DNA of 64,000 nt, from positions 13,706 through 77,705 of the forward strand of contig CADBRA010000024.1 of NCBI GenBank assembly GCA_902796965.1, read 5' to 3'. This document shows, piece after piece, positions 58,152 through 64,000 of the stretch. The position numbers were made by a program, and so were the translations under genes. The number at the start of each line of letters is the position of its first letter. The stretch's first letter is position 1. This DNA is from an uncultured Eubacteriales bacterium. GTDB taxonomy: Bacteria > Bacillota > Clostridia > Peptostreptococcales > Anaerovoracaceae. The notes below the pieces were generated by a model, which had not been told where the DNA came from, searched no databases, and saw nothing but the letters and a program-made list of their open reading frames with translations.

Positions 58152-58180
58152 TTGAAAAAAAAGATGCTATTAAGGATAAT
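58152..58180 (+). promoter_or_regulatory. Candidate promoter (TTGAAA-17-GATAAT) of the 32-aa ORF
   Basis: Read directly on the plus strand, about 50 nt upstream of the ATG at 58231. Confidence 0.45.
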
Positions 58181-58230
58181 GAAGTATAGAAATTATTCCA
58201 TTTAAGAATGTTTTTCAGGAGGCTGTTTCA

Positions 58231-58329
58231 ATGAAAAAATTCATAAGAACATTAATGATTATCTGTGCAGCAGCATGCGTAGGTCTGGCGATTTTCCGCT
58301 GCTTTGCACCTAAAGAAGACGAAGAGTAG
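58231..58329 (+). CDS. 32-aa small membrane peptide (basic N-terminus, one TM helix, acidic tail)
   Basis: Not in the ORF track. AGGAGG lies 8 nt upstream of the ATG. The peptide is MKKFIRTLMIICAAACVGLAIFRCFAPKEDEE. It has its own promoter-like and terminator-like signals. Confidence 0.55.
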   Translation: MKKFIRTLMIICAAACVGLAIFRCFAPKEDEE

Positions 58330-58348
58330 CAAAACAAATAAGTGATTC

Positions 58349-58370
58349 CCTGAGCGCTTACGCACTCAGG
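58349..58370 (-). terminator. Candidate terminator of the aldo/keto reductase transcript
   Basis: The minus strand reads CCTGAGTGC-GTAA-GCGCTCAGG (9 bp, GNRA loop), followed by GAATCACTTATTTGTTTTG. Confidence 0.45.
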
Positions 58371-58373
58371 CCG

Positions 58374-58455
58374 GCGGAGCTGCCATAAAACCTAAATGTA
58401 CATTCCCCTGGACGCCCGGCAGAAAGTACAGGCAGTATGGCAGCTCCGCTTTTTC
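58374..58455 (+). terminator. Long-stem terminator-like structure after the 32-aa ORF
   Basis: GGCGGAGCTGCCATA ...47 nt... TATGGCAGCTCCGC, followed by TTTTTCATTT on the plus strand. Confidence 0.45.
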
Positions 58456-58477
58456 ATTTCATGATTCGGGCATCATA

Positions 58478-59506
58478 TCATCTGACACTTATCCTGCCCG
58501 CCAGCACTTCTTCGTAATCAGCCAGATTGTCTCTAAGAAGCTGGGGTGTGTTGAGTTCATAAGGACACTTTTTCATGCATGAGCCGCAGTTTACACAGTT
58601 TTCTATCTTCTTCATCTCAGACTGCCAGTAATCATTCAGCCACGCCTCAGACGGAGCGCGCCTTATCATCAGCGCCATCCTCGCACAGTTGTTGATCTGT
58701 ATCCCCTGTGGACATGGCATACAGTAACCGCAGCCTCTGCAGAAATCACCGGAGAGATTTTTGCGTTCTTCATCGATAAATGCCATGATCTCATCGTTCA
58801 TCTCAGGAGTCTTTTCGAAAAACGACAGCCACTCGTCGAGTTCTGATTTTTTCTGGATGCCCCAGATCGGAATTACATTGCCGAACTGAGTCATGAACGC
58901 CATGGCTGCGTCCGCTCTCGTGATTAGACCGCCTGCCAGTCCTTTCATTGCTATGTATCCCATATCGTGTTCTCTGCAGCTCTCGGTGAGTCTGATCTCT
59001 CTTTCGGTCGACAGGTAGCTCAGCGGATACTGAAGTGTCTCATAGAGTCCGCTGCTGCAGATCTCCTCCGCGACTGCTATCTTATGTGTCGTTATGCCTA
59101 TATGTTTGATCTTACCTTGCTTTTTCGCCTCAAGCATCGCTTCGTACATTCCCGTTCCATCTCCCGGAGCATAGCACTGATCAACACAGTGGAACTGATA
59201 TATGTCCAGATAATCGGTCCCGAGATTCGTGAGCGTCTGCTCCAGATCACTCCAGAACCCATCTGCATTTTTTGACTGCGTCTTTGACGCGATATACATC
59301 TTGTCTCTGATACCGCCGATCGCTTTTCCCATCTTGACTTCGCTGTCTGTGTAAGCCCTTGCAGTATCGAAAAATGTCATGCCCCCGTCGAACGCTCCGC
59401 GTACGAGAGCTGCCGCTTCATCTGTGCTGATCCTCTGAATCGGCAGCGCGCCGAAGCCGTTCTGAGGTACTGTTATCCCGGTGCTTCCCAAAGTAATCTG
59501 TTTCAT
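58478..59506 (-). CDS. Aldo/keto reductase with a C-terminal 2x[4Fe-4S] ferredoxin-like domain
   Basis: AKR N-terminus (ITLGSTGITV..., DTARAY). The C-terminus carries CRGCGYCMPCP and CVNCGSCMKKCP. The start is the ATG at 59506, with GGAG upstream. Confidence 0.85.
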   Translation of the reverse strand: MKQITLGSTGITVPQNGFGALPIQRISTDEAAALVRGAFDGGMTFFDTARAYTDSEVKMGKAIGGIRDKMYIASKTQSKNADGFWSDLEQTLTNLGTDYLDIYQFHCVDQCYAPGDGTGMYEAMLEAKKQGKIKHIGITTHKIAVAEEICSSGLYETLQYPLSYLSTEREIRLTESCREHDMGYIAMKGLAGGLITRADAAMAFMTQFGNVIPIWGIQKKSELDEWLSFFEKTPEMNDEIMAFIDEERKNLSGDFCRGCGYCMPCPQGIQINNCARMALMIRRAPSEAWLNDYWQSEMKKIENCVNCGSCMKKCPYELNTPQLLRDNLADYEEVLAGRISVR

Positions 59507-59647
59507 CAATATCTCCATTCTTATCAGCTGCAATAAATAACCATGAAAAAATTCGCTGCATACAGCTGCAATAACTGTATACGCAAAGCATTATCAGCAC
59601 TTCTGCTGCCTGTACCCCTTCACATGCCTGCGGCGCCGAACCAGAAC

Positions 59648-60874
59648 TCATCTGATACGTCCATTTTCCTCTCTGACATGATCGATATCAGCTGCGCGTT
59701 TTACAGAATCACCGCCGTAACGCTTCCTTATCTCGTTTATTGTCGACTCGAGTATGTTCTCCTTCTGATACTCAGGCTTCGTGAGATCTTCGATAGTCAG
59801 CTGAACAGGTTCTCCACACTTCACGAGCTTTGACGCTCTTACGCCTATCAGCCGCACCGGACTGCCGTTCCACAGCTCCCTGAAAATCGACGAGGATTCC
59901 CTGAAGATAATGTCAGCGGAGCTGACGAGAGACGGCATCATTTGCTGGCGGGAGACTTTTGTGAAATCACTGTATTTTATCTCGACACAGATGTTTCCGC
60001 TTTGATATCCGGCGCGTTCAAGACGGCCGGAAACTCGTGAACAGAGGGCCTTGAGGACTTTGTCCGCTTCATCTGCATCAGTCACGTCCGCAGGCAGCGT
60101 AGTCGAGTTTCCTATGCACTTTGGCTCGTCGCGCTCAACTCTGACAGGCGAATCGTCAATTCCGTTGGCGAATTCCCAGAGCATCCTGCCGTGGCTTTTG
60201 AGTCTGTGCTCTATCAGGGCAGGATCGCTTGCGGCCAGATCGCCTATAGTCTCGATCCCGAAGCTTTTGAGACGTCTGACTGATGCTCTGCCTGCCATGA
60301 AAAGATCTGATACAGGAAGCGGCCACATCCTGGATTTTATCTCGCTGCGCCAGAGCGTATGGACGCGGTCCGGTTTCTGAAAATCCGAAGCCATCTTAGC
60401 GAGAACTTTGTTTTCAGATATCCCGATGTTTACCGTGAATCCGAATCTGCGCTTTATTTCATCCTTGATCTCTACTGCTGATCTTACAGGTTCCACTTCT
60501 ATATCATGCTTTCCGGTGAAGTCGAGATATGCTTCATCGATGCTGGCCTGCTCGACGGCAGGAGTCAGCATTTTCAGGAAATTCATAAGGCGCCGACTGT
60601 ACATCCTGTACAGTCGGTGGTCCGGCGAAGCAGCCGTAAGGTCAGGGCATAGCGCATAAGCTTCCCCGATTGTCATAGCTGTTTGAATACCAGCTTTTTT
60701 TGCCGCATCCGATTTTGCCAGGACAATGCCGTGCCACTTGTCTCTGTCGCCGCCGATTACAGCGGGAATTTTCCTCAGATCGGGACCAGTTCCGTTTTTT
60801 AAATTTTCAGCTGATGTCCAGCTCAGAAATGCGCTGTTCACATCTACATGAAATATAGTCCTCTTCGCAGTCAT
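59648..60874 (-). CDS. dinB: Y-family DNA polymerase (DinB/Pol IV-like)
   Basis: IFHVDVNSAFLS N-terminus, SIDEAYLD catalytic motif and a little-finger region. Length 408 aa. Confidence 0.85.
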   Translation of the reverse strand: MTAKRTIFHVDVNSAFLSWTSAENLKNGTGPDLRKIPAVIGGDRDKWHGIVLAKSDAAKKAGIQTAMTIGEAYALCPDLTAASPDHRLYRMYSRRLMNFLKMLTPAVEQASIDEAYLDFTGKHDIEVEPVRSAVEIKDEIKRRFGFTVNIGISENKVLAKMASDFQKPDRVHTLWRSEIKSRMWPLPVSDLFMAGRASVRRLKSFGIETIGDLAASDPALIEHRLKSHGRMLWEFANGIDDSPVRVERDEPKCIGNSTTLPADVTDADEADKVLKALCSRVSGRLERAGYQSGNICVEIKYSDFTKVSRQQMMPSLVSSADIIFRESSSIFRELWNGSPVRLIGVRASKLVKCGEPVQLTIEDLTKPEYQKENILESTINEIRKRYGGDSVKRAADIDHVREENGRIR

Positions 60875-61217
60875 TTATCCCTCCGCCATAGCTGTACCTA
60901 TCCGGTTATTATATCATCTGTACCCGCGTTTTGCACACAGCCTTAGCGTGTATCTGATCATGTATCCGCACTGCGGATTTGTCTGATGTACATCGATATC
61001 ATTCTGCTGATTGCAGCATTTAAAAGCACAATCACTGCGATCAGGCGTCATTGCTGACTGTTTCAGCAGGAAAATGGTGACATAAAATCATTCTGACTCA
61101 GATCGTCAGGTACAATCAGCGCATTGAATATGCCACGCCGATCAGTTCATACAGCCGCCTTTTCTGATCAAAGTTCAACCGCAGTGCATCAATTGTCGAC
61201 TGATTTGGATTTTTTGA

Positions 61218-61246
61218 TTGACAATTCACACGGCATTTAATAATAT
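61218..61246 (+). promoter_or_regulatory. Candidate bioY promoter (TTGACA-17-TAATAT)
   Basis: Read directly on the plus strand. Confidence 0.55.
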
Positions 61247-61250
61247 ATCG

Positions 61251-61276
61251 ATTGTAAACTTATTTTGGTTGACAAT
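61251..61276 (+). promoter_or_regulatory. Inverted repeat ATTGTAAAC-N8-GTTGACAAT, candidate BirA-type operator
   Basis: The half-sites resemble the TGTAAAC/GTTTACA halves of bioO. The repeat lies just downstream of the -10, and a third half-site lies at 61218-61225. Confidence 0.4.
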
Positions 61277-61297
61277 TGAGAGGCAACAAACAGCATT

Positions 61298-61864
61298 ATG
61301 GAAAACGTATCAGGAAAACGAAACTCAAATAAAGTCGTAAATCTCACGCTTACAGCGCTAATGGCCGCACTCATCTGCATACTCGGGCCGCTTTCGATAC
61401 CGCTGCCCGTGTCACCTGTGCCGATTTCCCTGACTAATCTCGCTATATATTTTACCGTAATTATCATAGGCTGGAAACGCGGAACAGTAAGTTACATAAT
61501 CTACCTGCTCATAGGCCTCTGCGGTCTGCCGGTATTTTCATCTTTTACCGGAGGTCCCGGAAAACTGCTCGGACCAACAGGCGGATATCTCATCGGATTC
61601 ATATTTATGACGATGATAGCCGGATTGTTCGTGGAAAAGTTTGATGGAAACTATTTCATGTATTTTACAGGCATGATAATCGGAACGCTGGTCACATACG
61701 CATTCGGCACAGCATGGCTCTCCTTCGAAGCAGGAATGAGCTTCAAAGCCGCATTATTCGCTGGTGTCATTCCTTTTATTATTGGAGACGCTGCCAAGAT
61801 GATCATAGCTGTATTTGCCGGAAACGCTGTCAGGAAACGTCTGAAAAAAGCAAATATTCTTTAG
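61298..61864 (+). CDS. bioY: Biotin transporter S-component BioY
   Basis: 188 aa with a BioY-like sequence (LGPLSIPLPVSPVPISLTNLAIYF..., GPTGGYLIGF). Confidence 0.9.
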   Translation: MENVSGKRNSNKVVNLTLTALMAALICILGPLSIPLPVSPVPISLTNLAIYFTVIIIGWKRGTVSYIIYLLIGLCGLPVFSSFTGGPGKLLGPTGGYLIGFIFMTMIAGLFVEKFDGNYFMYFTGMIIGTLVTYAFGTAWLSFEAGMSFKAALFAGVIPFIIGDAAKMIIAVFAGNAVRKRLKKANIL

Positions 61865-62025
61865 CCGGCAGATAATATGCTGACATGTCAGAACAACAGC
61901 GTCTGATACACAATATCCGCGTAAGATAAAGCCGACAGGCACGGTGCCGAATCGAAACGCAATAACAAGGCATCACAAAAGAAAGAACATAAACTTCATA
62001 ACAAAATCATCAGAGGATATATATA

Positions 62026-63006
62026 ATGGAAAGTGCATATAAACTCGCTCAGGAAATTACAAACGGCAGGAGACTGACACGAGACGACGACATAAGCGTG
62101 CTGAAAGAGGCTCCTGCTGAGGAACTTTACCGAGGCGCTGATCTCATACGTAAAAACCTGTGCGGCAACCACATAGATCTCTGTGCCATAATAAACGGAA
62201 GAAGCGGGCGCTGCAGCGAGGACTGCAGATTCTGCGCACAGAGCCGTCATCACCGCACCGGCATAGACGAATACGGATTTCTCGACAGCAGTACCCTGGT
62301 CTCAGACTGCGGATATCACGCGGAAAAAGGCATAGACAGATACTCGATCGTAACAGCGGGCAGGACACTTTCCGGCAGCGATCTCGATGCAGCATGCAGC
62401 GCATACAAAGAAATGCACGAAAAATACGGGGACAGGATCGAACTCTGCGCGTCGCATGGTCTTCTCGGCAGAGACGCATTCATCATGCTTAAGGAGTGCG
62501 GCGTTTCAACTTATCACGAAAACATAGAAACATCTCGCAGATATTTCCCGCACATCTGCACAACCCACAGCTTTGATGACAAGATAAGGGGAATAAGAGA
62601 AGCACATGAAGCCGGCCTAAGAGTATGTTCAGGCGGCATACTGGGTATGGGAGAGACGGAAGACGACAGAATCGACATGGCATTCACCCTTGCTGAAGAA
62701 CACGTAGAATCCATTCCCCTGAATGCGCTAATTCCTATAAAGGGAACAGCACTCGAAATGATGAAACCGCCGTCTGAAACGATGATACTAAGAGCGGCAG
62801 CGTACTTCAGATATATCAATCCGCTCGCACACATCAGGCTGGCCGGAGGCCGTTCACTAATGGCTGATTCCGGAAAGGCAGCATTTCGTGCAGGTGTCAA
62901 CGCTACGATTACAGGAGATATGCTGACGACAAGCGGAAACAATATAGCTGAAGACAGAGCGATGCTGACAGAAATGGGCTTTGACATAAAGCCCGCAGAA
63001 CTGTAA
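62026..63006 (+). CDS. bioB: Biotin synthase
   Basis: Radical SAM motif CSEDCRFC, and biotin synthase-like sequence over the full 326 aa. Confidence 0.93.
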   Translation: MESAYKLAQEITNGRRLTRDDDISVLKEAPAEELYRGADLIRKNLCGNHIDLCAIINGRSGRCSEDCRFCAQSRHHRTGIDEYGFLDSSTLVSDCGYHAEKGIDRYSIVTAGRTLSGSDLDAACSAYKEMHEKYGDRIELCASHGLLGRDAFIMLKECGVSTYHENIETSRRYFPHICTTHSFDDKIRGIREAHEAGLRVCSGGILGMGETEDDRIDMAFTLAEEHVESIPLNALIPIKGTALEMMKPPSETMILRAAAYFRYINPLAHIRLAGGRSLMADSGKAAFRAGVNATITGDMLTTSGNNIAEDRAMLTEMGFDIKPAEL

Positions 63007-63042
63007 ACGGATATAAATATACCATAAAATACACAATAATCA

Positions 63043-63090
63043 GAAAATGGCAGAGGATGAAAAATCAGCGCATTCCTCTGCCATTTTTTC
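63043..63090. terminator. Bidirectional terminator between bioB and the patatin-like gene
   Basis: 11-bp stem ATGGCAGAGGA / TCCTCTGCCAT, flanked by an A-run and a T-run. Confidence 0.7.
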
Positions 63091-63098
63091 TCCTTGTA

Positions 63099-63977
63099 TC
63101 ATTCAACTTCAGCTTTCTCAATAAATCTCTTCATTGCGGCCAGATGATACCTCCCCACTCGTCTTCCCTCCTGATATACTCTTTCCATCTGCGTTATATC
63201 ATGAGACGTACTGCCGATATTGAGAGGTGCCGACGGACGTATCACAAACGCTTTTCCCTTGTGCTCGAGCGCCGTGATGTAGTCAATGGTCTCGTTATAC
63301 ACCTCATGACGAACTGCGAGATCGTCCACCATCTCTCTGTTGTGCGGATAAAGCGTTCTCAGAAGCGGCAGTATCTTCATCTTCTGCTTTCTGTACCCCA
63401 GAGGCTGAGTGAGTATTATCACATTCCGCTCATAACCAATGCTCTCAAAGAACCTGACAGGAATAGAGTCAGAAATCCCTCCGTCAAGGAGTTTCATTCC
63501 ATCTATCTCGACCGGCTTTGAAACTATCGGCATAGAAGCAGAGGCTCTCATCCACGCAATATCTTCGGAATTCCCCGTATCGCATCTGTGATAGACAGCC
63601 TTCCCGGTATCCATGTCTGTGCATACTACATAGAATTCCATGGGATTCTGCTCATATGTCCGAGTATCGAAAGGATCGAGCGAATCCGGAAGCAGCCTGT
63701 AGCAGAAATCAGCTCCGTAGAGGTCTCCGGTCGTTATGAGTGAATAGAGACTGCAGAAGCGTTTCTCATGTGCAAACCTTTTATTATACCTTATGACTCT
63801 CCCGATCTGCCGGGACTTATAGTTGCAGCCAAAAGCAGCACCTGCAGATACTCCTGCGGCACCGTCAAATGTCACGCCGTTTTCCATCATCACGTCAGTC
63901 ACGCCAGCAGTGTACAACCCCCGCATAGCGCCGCCCTCCATTATGAGTCCTGTTTTCACTTTGACACCTTTCTTCAA
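63099..63977 (-). CDS. Patatin-like phospholipase family protein
   Basis: GGAMRG oxyanion motif and the GVSAG nucleophile elbow. Length 292 aa. Confidence 0.88.
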   Translation of the reverse strand: MKKGVKVKTGLIMEGGAMRGLYTAGVTDVMMENGVTFDGAAGVSAGAAFGCNYKSRQIGRVIRYNKRFAHEKRFCSLYSLITTGDLYGADFCYRLLPDSLDPFDTRTYEQNPMEFYVVCTDMDTGKAVYHRCDTGNSEDIAWMRASASMPIVSKPVEIDGMKLLDGGISDSIPVRFFESIGYERNVIILTQPLGYRKQKMKILPLLRTLYPHNREMVDDLAVRHEVYNETIDYITALEHKGKAFVIRPSAPLNIGSTSHDITQMERVYQEGRRVGRYHLAAMKRFIEKAEVE

Positions 63978-64000
63978 ACGCCGCAGTCAGAATACACCAG

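Noticed and set aside
60875-61000. LexA/Cheo box (GAAC-N4-GTTC) upstream of the Y-family polymerase
   Set aside because: I found no match to the motif in the 125 bp upstream. SOS control is therefore not supported by the sequence.
1-64000. CRISPR arrays, transposases, integrases, prophage or defence-system genes
   Set aside because: I saw no regularly spaced repeats. No ORF showed nuclease, integrase, transposase, restriction or abortive-infection motifs. The window is housekeeping apart from the small metal-resistance operon.

Overview
The window reads as a core chromosomal segment of a Firmicute, class Clostridia. This inference rests on the SCIFF peptide plus maturase, which I treat as a Clostridia marker, and on Bacillus/Clostridium-type synteny: rnc-smc, mltG-trmR-U32, nadD-yqeK-rsfS and hisS-aspS. 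Coding density is high. About 54 of the 57 CDS called here, plus one tRNA, lie on the minus strand; only bioY, bioB and one 32-aa small ORF are on plus. In minus-strand transcription order from high to low coordinates, the content is as follows. (1) Patatin-like lipase; bioY-bioB on plus; a Y-family polymerase; an Fe-S aldo/keto reductase; an M16 peptidase; small alarmone synthetase-ybaK. (2) tRNA-Leu(CAA)-yajC; scfA (SCIFF, absent from the ORF track)-scfB-secD-secF. (3) rel-MBL hydrolase-hemZ-like radical SAM-hisS-aspS-nadD-(yqeK::rsfS fusion)-leuS-rnj-pepP-efp. (4) mltG-trmR-U32 peptidase-asp23-nusB-Kae1/TsaD paralogue; hom; ilvA/tdcB-ridA-AI-2E transporter. (5) An SGNH-like protein plus MBOAT; acyl-CoA dehydrogenase-alr. 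(6) An ArsR/CadC-HMA-P1B ATPase metal operon; a GT4 glycosyltransferase. (7) A purine operon, purL-purE-purF-purM-(purN::purD fusion), then flavin reductase-prsW-plsX-rnc-smc. I saw no CRISPR array, rRNA, transposase, integrase or obvious defence island. The most unusual observations are these: the syntenic SMC has a degenerate Walker A and Q-loop; an unlisted SCIFF RiPP precursor with a seventh Cys appears co-transcribed with secDF; a self-contained 32-aa membrane-peptide gene has a 3' end that converges on and overlaps the neighbouring transcript; a perfect 42-bp palindrome abuts the metal-operon promoter; there are two gene fusions; SecD, SecF and YajC all carry charged low-complexity tails; a GC-rich Kae1/TsaD paralogue overlaps nusB; and a recurrent set of GC-stem/triloop hairpins occurs in intergenic spacers. 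All family assignments come from motif recognition by eye, not from database searches.
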